In this document: piece after piece, positions 20,805 through 31,576 of the stretch | Numbering within the stretch: position 1 is the stretch's first letter | Layout: each line of letters starts with the position of its first letter | Assembly (NCBI GenBank): GCA_022773825.1 | Contig: JALFOF010000088.1 | Coordinates: forward strand, 7,236-71,235 | DNA from: Prevotella sp. | GTDB taxonomy: Bacteria > Bacteroidota > Bacteroidia > Bacteroidales > Bacteroidaceae | DNA length: 64,000 nt | Direction of reading: 5' to 3' | The notes under the pieces: model-generated | Database searches by the model: none | Seen by the model: only the letters and a program-made list of their open reading frames with translations | What the model was told of the DNA's origin: nothing | Program-made: the position numbers and the translations under genes

Positions 20805-22031
20805 ATGTTCGATTTCTCATTAATAACAACATGGTTCAACGACCTGCTCTTGAACACAATTGGGTGCCCAGAGTGGTTGACCATACTGATAGAGTGCGTG
20901 ATAGTAGGTCTGCTCATCATTGTGGGTTACGCCCTGCTCGCCATAGCACTGATATTCATGGAGCGAAAGGTCTGTGCTTACTTCCAGTGCCGCCTCGGCC
21001 CCATGCGCGTGGGCCCATGGGGACTCTTGCAGGTATTTGCCGACGTGCTGAAGATGCTCATCAAAGAGATTTTCGTCGTTGACAAGGCCGACAAACTACT
21101 GTATGCACTTGCACCGATACTCGTTATCGTAGGCTCCATAGGAGCATTCGCCTTCCTGCCCTGGAACAAAGGGGCGGTGATACTCGATTTCAACGTGGGT
21201 ATATTCCTCTATACCGCACTGAGCGCAATAGGCGTAATAGGCGTATTCATTGCCGGATGGTCATCAAACAACAAGTACGGCGTTGTATCTGCCATGCGCG
21301 GAGCAGTGCAGATGATATCATACGAGATGTCACTCGGACTATGCCTCATAACAGCTTGCATCCTTACAGGAACGATGCAGGTAAGCGGTATCGTGGAAGC
21401 ACAGAGCGGTCCCTTCGGGTGGCTGATATTCCAAGGCCATATTCCTGCCATAATAGCCTTCTTTATCTTCCTCATAGCAGGTAACGCAGAGGCTAACCGC
21501 GGACCATTTGACCTTGCGGAGGCAGAATCTGAGCTCACAGCAGGCTACCACACCGAGTATTCCGGTATGGGATTTGGCTTCTATTACCTCGCAGAGTTCC
21601 TCAACCTCTTCATCGTTGCGGGCATGACCAGCCTCGTATTCCTCGGCGGATGGTGCCCAATACACATCGGAGTGGAAGCATTTGACGCGGTAATGGACCT
21701 CATTCCCGGCATAGTATGGTTCCTCGGCAAGGCTTTCGCCATGGTATGGCTGCTGATGTGGATAAAATGGACTTTCCCACGCCTGCGTATCGACCAGATA
21801 CTGAACCTCGAATGGAAGTATCTCATGCCTCTGGCACTGTTTAACCTCGTGCTGATGACCGTATGCGTAGCATTTGGTCTGACCGGTATCATGGGTGCAA
21901 GCATAGCCGTGGCAGCCGTTATGATAGTGCTGCTCGCAGTGATTGGCATACGCGCGCTGAAGTTCCGCGCCACATTCGCAGAAGACCAGAAGCTTGTCGG
22001 AGCAGACATCGCAACACGTACTGACAAGTAA
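20805..22031 (+). CDS. nuoH: Subunit H
   Basis: ERKV...RLGPMRVGPWG, NRGPFDLAEAESELTAGYHTEY, FPRLRIDQ. Confidence 0.96.
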   Translation: MFDFSLITTWFNDLLLNTIGCPEWLTILIECVIVGLLIIVGYALLAIALIFMERKVCAYFQCRLGPMRVGPWGLLQVFADVLKMLIKEIFVVDKADKLLYALAPILVIVGSIGAFAFLPWNKGAVILDFNVGIFLYTALSAIGVIGVFIAGWSSNNKYGVVSAMRGAVQMISYEMSLGLCLITACILTGTMQVSGIVEAQSGPFGWLIFQGHIPAIIAFFIFLIAGNAEANRGPFDLAEAESELTAGYHTEYSGMGFGFYYLAEFLNLFIVAGMTSLVFLGGWCPIHIGVEAFDAVMDLIPGIVWFLGKAFAMVWLLMWIKWTFPRLRIDQILNLEWKYLMPLALFNLVLMTVCVAFGLTGIMGASIAVAAVMIVLLAVIGIRALKFRATFAEDQKLVGADIATRTDK

Positions 22032-22048
22032 CATAAAGCAAGAAGACA

Positions 22049-22582
22049 ATGGCAAACAACAATTCATATTTCGGCGGTATCATCGCAGGACTGAAGACGT
22101 TGGTCACAGGTATGGACATCACCATGGGTGAGTATGTCACACCGAAGATAACCGAACAGTATCCAGAGAACCGCAAGACACAGCATGTAGCAGAACGTCA
22201 CCGTGGTACGCTGGTGATGCCGCACGATGAAAACGGCAAGAACAAGTGTATCGCCTGCACACTATGCGAAAAAGCGTGTCCGAATGGCAGCATAAAAATC
22301 GTCACACAGATGGTTACCACAGCGGAAGGCAAGAAGAAAAAGCTCCTTCTCGATTATCAATACGACCTCGGTGACTGTATGTTCTGCCAGCTATGCGTCA
22401 ATGCCTGTCCGCATGACGCTATCAAATTCGTCAAGGATTTTGAAAACGCAGTGTTTAACCGCGACGCTCTCAAGCAGCACCTGAACGTTCCTCCCACGCA
22501 GACGGAACTGGACGAATATGCTGAGAACGCCAAGAAAGCTGCCGCAAAGGCGGAGGCTGCTAACAATAAGGAGGAGAAATAA
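22049..22582 (+). CDS. nuoI: Subunit I (2x[4Fe-4S])
   Basis: CIACTLCEKACP and CMFCQLCVNACP. Confidence 0.95.
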   Translation: MANNNSYFGGIIAGLKTLVTGMDITMGEYVTPKITEQYPENRKTQHVAERHRGTLVMPHDENGKNKCIACTLCEKACPNGSIKIVTQMVTTAEGKKKKLLLDYQYDLGDCMFCQLCVNACPHDAIKFVKDFENAVFNRDALKQHLNVPPTQTELDEYAENAKKAAAKAEAANNKEEK

Positions 22583-22586
22583 GACC

Positions 22587-23111
22587 ATGGCAAATATTAT
22601 AATGTTCGCTATACTGGCAGTAATAATCATCGCTGCCGCTATCGCCTCTGTGGCGGCGAAAAGAATCATGCGTGCAGTAACGGCACTGTTGTTCGTGCTT
22701 TTCTCCGTAGCAGGAATGTATTTCCTACTTGATTACACATTCCTCGGCACAGCACAGTTGAGCATATACGCCGGAGGCATGACGATGATTTACATCTTCG
22801 CCATACAGCTTATATCCAAAAAGACGCTGCAGGGCATAAGGGAGAAGCTTGAAGTAAAACGCATAGCCATCGCAGCCCTTGTCGCAGTAGTGGGTCTTCT
22901 CACCGTTGTAACGATGCAACTGAAGTCTGCTTTCTTCGAGAAATTCGCAGAGCAACCAGACGTAGAAGTACCAATGGAAAAGATAGGCGCTGCCCTCATG
23001 GGCTCTGAGAAGTACCAATATGTATTGCCATTCGAGTTCATTTCAGTGTTCTTGCTGGCTTGTATCATCGGTGGTCTCGTCGTTTCACGTAATCAAAAGG
23101 AGGACAAATAA
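22587..23111 (+). CDS. nuoJ: Subunit J
   Basis: QLSIYAGG, YVLPFEFISVFLL; start at ATG 22587 just after the nuoI stop. Confidence 0.92.
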   Translation: MANIIMFAILAVIIIAAAIASVAAKRIMRAVTALLFVLFSVAGMYFLLDYTFLGTAQLSIYAGGMTMIYIFAIQLISKKTLQGIREKLEVKRIAIAALVAVVGLLTVVTMQLKSAFFEKFAEQPDVEVPMEKIGAALMGSEKYQYVLPFEFISVFLLACIIGGLVVSRNQKEDK

Positions 23112-23114
23112 GTT

Positions 23115-23423
23115 ATGGTACCAGTAGAATGTTTCTTCGTACTCAGTGCGATACTTTTCTTTATCGGCGTCTTCGGTTTTGTAACACGCCGCAACTTGAT
23201 TGCCATGCTGGTCAGCATAGAGCTTGTTCTCAATGCTGTTGACCTTAATTTCGCAGCCTTTAACCGCCTGCTTTTCCCCAACCAGCTGGAGGGAATGTTC
23301 TTCACCCTGTTCTCAATCGGTGTGAGTGCGGCGGAGAGTGCTGTGGCAATAGCTATCATTCTCAATGCCTACCACCATTTCCACAACGACAAGGTGACAG
23401 GTATAAAGAACATGAAATACTAA
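23115..23423 (+). CDS. nuoK: Subunit K
   Basis: RRNLIAMLVSIELVLNA, SAAESAVAIA. Confidence 0.95.
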   Translation: MVPVECFFVLSAILFFIGVFGFVTRRNLIAMLVSIELVLNAVDLNFAAFNRLLFPNQLEGMFFTLFSIGVSAAESAVAIAIILNAYHHFHNDKVTGIKNMKY

Positions 23424-23490
23424 GAAGTCAAACCATGTTCGCCGCGATGTCCCACATTTCGGCAGACAAGAAAACAAAAACAGCAAAACA

Positions 23491-25500
23491 ATGGAATACG
23501 GTTATACAATAGGTATATTACTTCTTCCTCTGCTTTCATTCTTGATAATCGGTTTGACTGATTATTTCAGAGGCAAGAAGGGATGGTCCCACAAGGCGGC
23601 AGGTCTTATTGGTACCTGCTCTCTGGGTATGGTAACCATCCTCAGTTACGTCACGGCGTTCCAGTACTTCGGTGCTGACCGTCTGGCAAACGGTACGTTC
23701 CCAACCATCGTGCCCTACAACACCACGTGGCTGCCGCTTGGCAGTCTGCACTTTGACCTTGGCATCCTCCTTGACCCAATCTCAGTGATGATGCTCATAG
23801 TCATATCCACGGTGTCGCTGATGGTGCACATTTACTCTTTCGGTTATATGCACGGGGAGAAGGGATTTCAGCGTTATTACGCCTTCCTTTCACTCTTTAC
23901 GTTCTCCATGCTTGGCCTTGTAGTGGCGACAAACATCTTCCAGATGTATATGTTCTGGGAGCTTGTGGGCGTCAGCTCCTACCTGCTCATTGGTTTCTAC
24001 TACCCGTTGCAGGCGGCAGTGCACGCCTCTAAGAAGGCGTTCATCGTGACACGCTTCGCCGATATGTTCTTCCTTGTCGGCATATTGATATTCGGTTACT
24101 ACACAGGCTCATTCAATTTCTCCTTCGCAGGAGAGATACAGGGTGCCGCAGCCGACACGTTCACGCTGTGCAATGCTGACAAAGCATGGACGGCAGGTGC
24201 CATGTTGCTTCCCACAGCCTTAGTGTTGATGTTCATAGGCGGTGCCGGTAAGTCCGCTATGTTCCCGCTTCACATTTGGCTTCCCGACGCTATGGAAGGC
24301 CCGACGCCAGTGTCCGCGCTCATACACGCAGCCACCATGGTCGTAGCAGGTGTGTTCCAAATCGCGCGTCTCTTCCCCTTGTGGATAGAGTATGCCCCCG
24401 ACCAGATGTCGATAATAGTAGTCATCGGTGCCTTCACCGCTTTCTATGCGGCGGCAGTAGCCTGCGCTCAGAGCGACATCAAGCGTGTTCTCGCCTTCTC
24501 TACCATCTCGCAGATAGCATTTATGATGGTAGCTCTCGGTGTCTGCATGCCGGGTCACGGTGGTGAAGCCGTTATAGACAACCACGCATCCCTTGGTTAC
24601 ATGGCCTCATTGTTCCACCTTTTCACCCACGCCATGTTCAAGGCGTGCCTCTTCCTTGGTGCCGGTTGCATCATCCACGCAGTACATTCCAACGAGATGT
24701 CAACCATGGGCGGCCTGCGCAAATATATGCCTGTCACCCATGCCACGTTCCTCATCTCATGCCTTGCCATAGCGGGCATACCGTTCTTCTCCGGCTTTAG
24801 TTCCAAGGACGAAATCATATCTGCCTGCTTCGCCTACTCACCCCTTTGCGGATGGTGGATGACTGGCGTGGCAGCCATGACGGCATTCTATATGTTCCGC
24901 TTGTATTACGGCATCTTCTGGGGCACGGAGAACAAGGAGCTTCACGCTCACCACACCCCTCATGAAGCCCCTTGGACCATGACACTGCCCCTCGTCGTGC
25001 TCAGCGTCATCACCGTCGGCGTGGGTATCTTCAGCACGCTGGGTGGTTTTCTGCATTGGGACTGGGCGAGCTTCGGCAGCCTCGTCACGGCTTCGGGCAA
25101 GGCATACACCATCCATTTCGATGGTGCCATCGCCGCCACCTCAACCATCATCGCCATCTGCTCCATAGCTCTCGCCACCTATATATATAAAGGTGAGACA
25201 CAGCCAATAGCAGAAAAGATGTACTCTCTCGCACCTCGTCTCCACCGTTGGGCTTACAAGCGCTTCTACCTGGACGAGGTATATATGTTCGTCACCCACA
25301 AGATACTGTTCCGTTTCGTATCCTATCCCGTAGCATGGATTGACGAGCACATCATCAATGGCTTCATAGACTTCACGGCATGGGGTGCCAACGCTGGCGG
25401 CGAGAGTATCCGTTCCACTCAGGACGGCGACGTACGCAGTTACGCAGTATGGTTCATCACAGGTGTCATAGCACTCACACTGCTCGTAGTATGCCTGTAA
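23491..25500 (+). CDS. nuoL: Subunit L
   Basis: WELVGVSSYLLIGF, GKSAMFPLHIWLPDAMEGPTPVSALIHAATMV. Confidence 0.97.
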   Translation: MEYGYTIGILLLPLLSFLIIGLTDYFRGKKGWSHKAAGLIGTCSLGMVTILSYVTAFQYFGADRLANGTFPTIVPYNTTWLPLGSLHFDLGILLDPISVMMLIVISTVSLMVHIYSFGYMHGEKGFQRYYAFLSLFTFSMLGLVVATNIFQMYMFWELVGVSSYLLIGFYYPLQAAVHASKKAFIVTRFADMFFLVGILIFGYYTGSFNFSFAGEIQGAAADTFTLCNADKAWTAGAMLLPTALVLMFIGGAGKSAMFPLHIWLPDAMEGPTPVSALIHAATMVVAGVFQIARLFPLWIEYAPDQMSIIVVIGAFTAFYAAAVACAQSDIKRVLAFSTISQIAFMMVALGVCMPGHGGEAVIDNHASLGYMASLFHLFTHAMFKACLFLGAGCIIHAVHSNEMSTMGGLRKYMPVTHATFLISCLAIAGIPFFSGFSSKDEIISACFAYSPLCGWWMTGVAAMTAFYMFRLYYGIFWGTENKELHAHHTPHEAPWTMTLPLVVLSVITVGVGIFSTLGGFLHWDWASFGSLVTASGKAYTIHFDGAIAATSTIIAICSIALATYIYKGETQPIAEKMYSLAPRLHRWAYKRFYLDEVYMFVTHKILFRFVSYPVAWIDEHIINGFIDFTAWGANAGGESIRSTQDGDVRSYAVWFITGVIALTLLVVCL

Positions 25501-25533
25501 TCAACATCTAACCCTTTAGTAACTTCAACAACA

Positions 25534-27021
25534 ATGAGTATATTATCAATATTCGTAGTAATCCCCGTCCTGATGCTGCTCGGCCTCTGGCTCGCCCGCA
25601 ACATCAATCAGGTGCGCGGCGTGATGGTAGCAGGCTCCACCTGCCTCCTTGCCCTCAGCGCATGGCTCACGCTTGATTTCATCTCACAGCGTGCCGCTGG
25701 CAACACTGCCGAGATGCTCTACACCTACTCCACAGTATGGTTCGCCCCGCTGAACATAGCATACGCCGTGGGCGTTGACGGCATCTCCGTTGTCATGCTG
25801 CTTCTCTCAAGCATCATAGTCTTCACCGGTACCTTCGCTTCCTGGAAGCTGAAGCCACTCACCAAGGAGTTCTTCCTATGGTTCACGCTCCTTTCCACAG
25901 GCGTCTATGGCTTCTTTATCTCAATAGACCTCTTCACCATGTTCATGTTCTACGAGGTCGCCCTCATCCCCATGTACCTCCTCATAGGCTACTGGGGCAC
26001 AGGCAGGAAGGAGTATGCAGCCATGAAGCTCACCCTGATGCTTATGGGCGGCTCCGCCCTTATCATCGTAGGTCTCATCGGCATCTATTTCTTCAATGGT
26101 GCCACCACCATGAACCTGCTTGAGATAGCCCATGCCCACGCCATCCCCGTGGCAGTGCAGAATGCGCTCTTCCCGTTTGTCTTCATCGGCTTCGGTGTGC
26201 TTGGCGCACTCTTCCCCTTCCACACATGGTCACCCATAGGTCACGGTTGCGCGCCCACCTCAGTGTCCATGCTCCATGCAGGCGTACTTATGAAGCTCGG
26301 CGGCTACGGCTGTTTCCGCATAGCGATGTTCCTCCTGCCCGACGCGGCGCAGAACCTTGCGTGGATATTCCTTATCCTCACCACCATCTCCGTGGTCTAT
26401 GGCGCGTTCTCCGCTTGCGTACAGACAGACTTGAAGTTCATCAACGCCTATTCATCAGTATCCCACTGCGGTCTCGTGCTCTTCGCCCTCCTCATGATGA
26501 CGAAGACCGCCTGCACCGGTGCCATACTCCAGATGCTCTCTCACGGCCTCATGACCGCCCTCTTCTTCGCCCTCATCGGCATGATTTACGGACGCACACA
26601 CACCCGTGACATCCGTGAACTCGGCGGACTGATGAAGATAATGCCGTTCCTCTCCGTAGGCTACGTTGTGGCAGGTCTTGCCAACCTCGGTCTCCCAGGC
26701 TTCTCTGGCTTCATTGCCGAGATGACAATATTCGTTGGTTCCTTTGAGAACGCAGACATCTTCCACCGTTGTTGCACCGTGATAGCCTGCACCTCCATCG
26801 TGGTGACAGCCGTGTATATCCTCCGTACCGTAGGATTCATACTCTTCGGCAAAGTAGCCAACCCACACTTTGAGGAGCTTACCGATGCCACATGGGACGA
26901 GAAGTTCGCCGTTTGCTGCCTCATCTTCTGTGTTGCTGCCCTCGGCAGCTTCCCACTCTGGGCCAGCGACGTCATCCTCAATGGCGTTACACCTATCTTA
27001 CAGAACATAGCAGCAATGTAA
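25534..27021 (+). CDS. nuoM: Subunit M
   Basis: GVDGIS, FPFHTW, LMKLGGYG, AYSSVSH. Confidence 0.96.
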   Translation: MSILSIFVVIPVLMLLGLWLARNINQVRGVMVAGSTCLLALSAWLTLDFISQRAAGNTAEMLYTYSTVWFAPLNIAYAVGVDGISVVMLLLSSIIVFTGTFASWKLKPLTKEFFLWFTLLSTGVYGFFISIDLFTMFMFYEVALIPMYLLIGYWGTGRKEYAAMKLTLMLMGGSALIIVGLIGIYFFNGATTMNLLEIAHAHAIPVAVQNALFPFVFIGFGVLGALFPFHTWSPIGHGCAPTSVSMLHAGVLMKLGGYGCFRIAMFLLPDAAQNLAWIFLILTTISVVYGAFSACVQTDLKFINAYSSVSHCGLVLFALLMMTKTACTGAILQMLSHGLMTALFFALIGMIYGRTHTRDIRELGGLMKIMPFLSVGYVVAGLANLGLPGFSGFIAEMTIFVGSFENADIFHRCCTVIACTSIVVTAVYILRTVGFILFGKVANPHFEELTDATWDEKFAVCCLIFCVAALGSFPLWASDVILNGVTPILQNIAAM

Positions 27022-27046
27022 CTCACCGTCAAAACAAACCATAACA

Positions 27047-28489
27047 ATGAACTATTCTCAATTCTTGAATATGATACCGGAAGCCACACTAATGGCAATC
27101 CTGGTAATAGTGTTTGTGGCCGACTTCTGTAGCCACGGCAAGGCGGAGCGCAAGTGGTTCAACCCCTTCGTCTGCATCCTGCTGCTCGCGCAGTTAGTCA
27201 TCAACCTCTGCCCCGCCACGGAGACAGTATCGCTCTTCGGAGGCATATACCATGCCACCCCGGCGGCAAGCATGATGAAGTCCGTACTCACCTTCGGCAC
27301 CCTCGTTGTGGTACTACAGTCACGCAACTGGCTCACCGTCACCGAGACCAAGTGCGAGGAAGGCGAGTTCTATATGCTCACCATCTCAACCCTTCTCGGT
27401 ATGTTCATGATGATGAGCGCAGGCTCCTTCCTCATGTTCTTCCTCGGTCTTGAAATGGCATCAGTCCCCATGGGCTGCATGGTGGCGCTCGACAAGTTCC
27501 GCAAGAACTCGGCGGAAGCGGCGGCGAAATTCATCCTCACCGCCACATTCTCCTCAGGTGTCATGCTCTACGGCATCTCCTTCCTCTACGGTTCCACCGG
27601 CACACTCTATTTCAGTGACTTCGCCTATGCGATTACCCTCTCCCCAATGTCCATCATGGGCATGATATTCTTCATTGCCGGCCTCGGCTTCAAGATATCC
27701 CTCGTGCCCTTCCACTTCTGGACAGCAGACACATACCAAGGCGCGCCCACCACAGTCACGGGCTACCTTAGTGTCATCTCAAAGGGAGCGGCAGCGTTCA
27801 CGCTTGTCACCCTACTCTACAAAGTGTTCTTCGCCCTTTCCACCTTCTGGATATTCGCGATGTACATCCTCGTAGTACTCTCCATAACCATTGCCAACCT
27901 CATGGCCATACGCCAGACAGAGTTGAAACGCTTCATGGCCTTCTCCTCCATCTCACAGGCAGGCTACATCATGCTCGTTGCCATAGGCAGCAGCTACATC
28001 ATGAGCATAACGGCGCTGATGTACTATGTACTCATCTACATCGTGGCAAACATGGCTGTCTTCACCATCATTGCATCAGTGGAGAACGCCAGCGGCGGCA
28101 AGACAGACATGGCAACATACAACGGTCTCTACAAGACGAACCCCAAGATGGCATTCCTTATGACCCTTGCCCTCTTCTCGCTCGGCGGCATCCCACCTTT
28201 CGCCGGAATGTTCTCCAAGTTCTTCGTCTTCCTTGCAGCCGTTGACGGTCGCCCAAGCGTCATGCCATACCTTGTTGTCTTCATCGCCCTTGTCAACACC
28301 GTAGTGTCACTCTACTACTACCTCCTCATCGTCAAGGCAATGTACATCAACAACGAAGGCGAGCCCTTAGCCACATTCAAGATGGATGGCAACACCAAGC
28401 TCACCCTCGCCGTATGCACCGCAGGAGTGCTGTTCTTCGGAATAGCAAGCTGCGTGTATGACACCCTTTACAGCGCGGCAGCAATGTAA
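27047..28489 (+). CDS. nuoN: Subunit N
   Basis: FKISLVPFHFWTADTYQGAP, SLGGIPPFAG, SLYYYL. Confidence 0.96.
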   Translation: MNYSQFLNMIPEATLMAILVIVFVADFCSHGKAERKWFNPFVCILLLAQLVINLCPATETVSLFGGIYHATPAASMMKSVLTFGTLVVVLQSRNWLTVTETKCEEGEFYMLTISTLLGMFMMMSAGSFLMFFLGLEMASVPMGCMVALDKFRKNSAEAAAKFILTATFSSGVMLYGISFLYGSTGTLYFSDFAYAITLSPMSIMGMIFFIAGLGFKISLVPFHFWTADTYQGAPTTVTGYLSVISKGAAAFTLVTLLYKVFFALSTFWIFAMYILVVLSITIANLMAIRQTELKRFMAFSSISQAGYIMLVAIGSSYIMSITALMYYVLIYIVANMAVFTIIASVENASGGKTDMATYNGLYKTNPKMAFLMTLALFSLGGIPPFAGMFSKFFVFLAAVDGRPSVMPYLVVFIALVNTVVSLYYYLLIVKAMYINNEGEPLATFKMDGNTKLTLAVCTAGVLFFGIASCVYDTLYSAAAM

Positions 28490-28510
28490 AGACATATCCT
28501 ACAATACAGG

Positions 28511-28569
28511 GAAAGCACCCATATCGCACCACGGAGTCAACACCTCTAACGTGCCGTATGGGTGCTTTC
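28511..28569 (+). terminator. Long hairpin after nuoN (probable terminator or 3' stabiliser)
   Basis: GAAAGCACCCATA...TATGGGTGCTTTC inverted repeat; weak U-tract. Confidence 0.5.
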
Positions 28570-28615
28570 ACGTTCACGCCATTACGCCCGTTAAGACAGC
28601 CCGGGCAGCGTCACG

Positions 28616-28700
28616 GCAATCGCATAGCTTTTACACAATAATCACTTAGCTTTTACATTGCAATAGCATAGCTTTTACACAGTAATAGCATAGCTATTGC
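28616..28700. repeat. Family A array (4 units, 22-bp period)
   Basis: Units start at 28616, 28638, 28660 and 28682. Confidence 0.88.
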
Positions 28701-28908
28701 AACCAGGCCTGACAGCCCGCTCATCATACACCACATCAACATGGGGCAAAAAGGCGCAGAGACACAAGAAGCGAAGCCCCCTCCACCCAGTCAAGGGAGA
28801 CACTGCGCGCTATGCTTCCCAGCACCGATACGACTGCGAAAAAGCGCCATTACGCAGTTGACTTAATGACGCTTTTTTATCTCTTTTTCACTTATTTGCG
28901 TGTAAAAA

Positions 28909-28940
28909 TTTGCGTATATCCAAAAAATGTTATAACTTTG
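28909..28940 (+). promoter_or_regulatory. Promoter of the GNAT/lipid cluster
   Basis: TTTG-N20-TAACTTTG, 18 nt upstream of ATG 28959. Confidence 0.75.
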
Positions 28941-28958
28941 CACACCAATATTGGAACT

Positions 28959-30167
28959 ATGATTGCAACAATAAACAGAATACAGGTAAAGCAAGTGACA
29001 GACAAGAAAGGGATGGATGCCTTCGTCCAGTTCCCGAAGTCACTTTATGCCGGTGTCAGTCAGTACGTTCCAGATATGGACAGCGATATACGCGACACTT
29101 TCAAACCTTCTAAAAACAAAAGCCTTGCCAATGCCGACATACAGGCATTCGTGGCCTTCAGAGACGGCGAGGTGGCTGGACGCATAGCCGGAATAATAAG
29201 CCACAAGGCCAACGAGATATGGCAGAAGAAGGTGGTGCGCTTCTCTATGATAGAGTTCATAGAGGACATCAACGTGGCAGAAGCACTCATAGCAGCCGTT
29301 GAGGAATGGGGATACAAGCGCGGTATGACAAGCATACAAGGTCCAATGGGTATCACCGATTTCGACAAAGAAGGCATGCTGATAGAGGATTTCGAGATGG
29401 GCGGCTCCTTCCTGGAGTACTGGAACCCTCCCTATTACAAAGACTTTCTGGAAAAACTCGGCTTCAAGAAAGAGGCTGACTGGCTACAGATAAGGATAGA
29501 GGTGCCAGAGAAAGTACCAGCGAAATACGCACGCGTGGCCCAGTTGTCAAAGGAGATGTTCGGACTGAAAATAGTGAAGAAGTCAAAGAAAGACGTTTAC
29601 CGTGGATATGGACAGAAGATTTTCGACCTGCTGAACCAAGCATACGCCCCACTCTTCGGCTTCTCGCCATTCACGCCAGAACAGGCACAGGACTTCCTCA
29701 AGAAGTATGTTCCGCTGCTAAACATGAAGATGCTGACGTTCATCGAGAACGAAAAAGACGAGCTTGTATGCGTTGCCATAACGGTGGCAGACTTCTCCGA
29801 CGGACTAAAGAAGAGCAAGGGTAAGGTATTTCCCAAAGGATGGTACCACCTGCTGAAAGCCATAAAATGGAAGACGGGCAACAAGGCAGAGCTGATGATA
29901 ATAGGCATACGCCCCGATATGCAGGGACTCGGCATCAATGCGCTGGTCTTCGACCACCTCATACCTATATACAACAAGATGGGCATCAAGTGGTGCGAGA
30001 CGGGACCGCAGCTGGAAGACAACGTAAGGGAGCTGTCGCAGTGGAAGCCTCTGAACCCGTCGATGGTAAAAAGACGCAGATGCTGGAAGAGAGAGATAGA
30101 CGCCGCGACATTCACCACCACGCTATACCACCGCAAACACTCAACAGGGAAAGCAGCAAAGGAATAG
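28959..30167 (+). CDS. Tandem-GNAT N-acyltransferase (YghO / bacterial ceramide synthase-like)
   Basis: GEVAGRIAGII...ANEIW, GPMGITDFDKEGMLIE, NPPYY...LEKLGFKKEADW, GIRPDMQGLGINAL, KRRR; start placed after the promoter. Confidence 0.75.
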   Translation: MIATINRIQVKQVTDKKGMDAFVQFPKSLYAGVSQYVPDMDSDIRDTFKPSKNKSLANADIQAFVAFRDGEVAGRIAGIISHKANEIWQKKVVRFSMIEFIEDINVAEALIAAVEEWGYKRGMTSIQGPMGITDFDKEGMLIEDFEMGGSFLEYWNPPYYKDFLEKLGFKKEADWLQIRIEVPEKVPAKYARVAQLSKEMFGLKIVKKSKKDVYRGYGQKIFDLLNQAYAPLFGFSPFTPEQAQDFLKKYVPLLNMKMLTFIENEKDELVCVAITVADFSDGLKKSKGKVFPKGWYHLLKAIKWKTGNKAELMIIGIRPDMQGLGINALVFDHLIPIYNKMGIKWCETGPQLEDNVRELSQWKPLNPSMVKRRRCWKREIDAATFTTTLYHRKHSTGKAAKE

Positions 30168-30310
30168 CACCGCCAGCGACAAACGCCGGCACCAAGAACA
30201 AAAGAAACAAACAACAATAATCCCCCCGCGGCCGGTAGAGGCTGGCAAACGCACACATACGCCCCCAATCACCTTGTGGTGGCAGTGCGGCAAGGGTAAA
30301 AAGCAACAAG

Positions 30311-31528
30311 ATGAATAGAGTAGTAATAACAGGTATGGGCATCTGGTCGTGCCTTGGGCAGACACTTGACGATGTCCGTCAGTCACTTTTCGAAGGTAAA
30401 AGCGGTATAATATTCAGCCAAGAGCGCAAGGATGCGGGCTTCCGCTCCGCCCTCTGCGCCAATGTACCGCAACCTAACCTCAAGCCATTTGTACCACGCA
30501 ACATGAGGCAGTTCATGCCAGAAGAGGCACAGTACGCCTATATGGCAACGAAGGACGCCCTTGAAGCGGCAAAGATAGACCAGGACTTCCTCGACAAGAA
30601 CGAAGTGGGCATAATATACGGCAACGACTCTGTGGCAGAGGCCACAATGAAGGCTCTCGACAAATTCCGTGAGTTCAAAGACACCTCTGCCTGCGGTAGC
30701 GGCGCCATCTTCCAGTCAATGAACTCCACGGTGACGATGAACCTCGCCTGCCTCTTCAAGCTGCGCGGCATAAACCTCACCTCCTCCGCTGCCTGCGCTT
30801 CCAGCTCGCTCGCCATAGGCAACGCCTACCTGCTGATAAAGAACGGTCTGCAAGACTGCATCATAGCCGGTGGAGCACAGGAAGCCAATATGTACAGCAT
30901 AGCATCCTTCGACGGTATCCAAGCATTCTCCACACGCGAGTCTGACCCCACAAAGGCATCACGCCCATTCGACAAAGACCGCGACGGACTGGTACCAGGC
31001 GGTGGCGCTGCCACGGTAATACTTGAGAGCTACGAACACGCCGTGAAGCGCGGCGCACCGATACTCGCTGAAATCGTGGGATGGGGCTTCTCCGGCAACG
31101 GTGACCATATCTCCACACCAAACGTAGCTGGTCCCGCACGCTCATTGGAGCTCGCAATAAAGAACGGCGGCGTTGACATTAAGCAGATAGGCTACATCAA
31201 CGCCCACGCCACTTCTACCCACGCCGGAGACGGACGCGAAGCAATGGCGATAGCACAGATATTCGGTGACTACAAAGTGCCCGTGACATCAACAAAGTCA
31301 CAGACAGGACACGAAATGTGGGCGGCAGGCGCTGCCGAAACAATCTACTCCATGCTGATGATGAAAAACGGCTTCATAGCCGGAAACATCAACTTCAACG
31401 AGCCGGATGAAGAGACAGCTTGCGTCAACATCATACCCGAAACAGTGCAGACACACTTCGATATGTTCCTGACAAACTCATTCGGTTTCGGCGGAACAAA
31501 CTCCACACTGATAATAAAGAACCTGTAA
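30311..31528 (+). CDS. Beta-ketoacyl-ACP synthase (FabB/F type)
   Basis: Cys-His-His triad: SAACASS, INAHATST, TGHEMW; SRPFDKDRDGLV; NSFGFGGTN. Confidence 0.95.
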   Translation: MNRVVITGMGIWSCLGQTLDDVRQSLFEGKSGIIFSQERKDAGFRSALCANVPQPNLKPFVPRNMRQFMPEEAQYAYMATKDALEAAKIDQDFLDKNEVGIIYGNDSVAEATMKALDKFREFKDTSACGSGAIFQSMNSTVTMNLACLFKLRGINLTSSAACASSSLAIGNAYLLIKNGLQDCIIAGGAQEANMYSIASFDGIQAFSTRESDPTKASRPFDKDRDGLVPGGGAATVILESYEHAVKRGAPILAEIVGWGFSGNGDHISTPNVAGPARSLELAIKNGGVDIKQIGYINAHATSTHAGDGREAMAIAQIFGDYKVPVTSTKSQTGHEMWAAGAAETIYSMLMMKNGFIAGNINFNEPDEETACVNIIPETVQTHFDMFLTNSFGFGGTNSTLIIKNL

Positions 31529-31576
31529 ACCACAGAATTTTAATTACACACCAACCACATAACAAGAAACAAAATT

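Noticed and set aside
28812-28958. Upstream ORF-track extensions (also 18087, 22518, 39101, 41568, 43544, 44884, 53354)
   Set aside because: They run through promoters, repeats or neighbouring genes; downstream ATGs fit the family N-termini.
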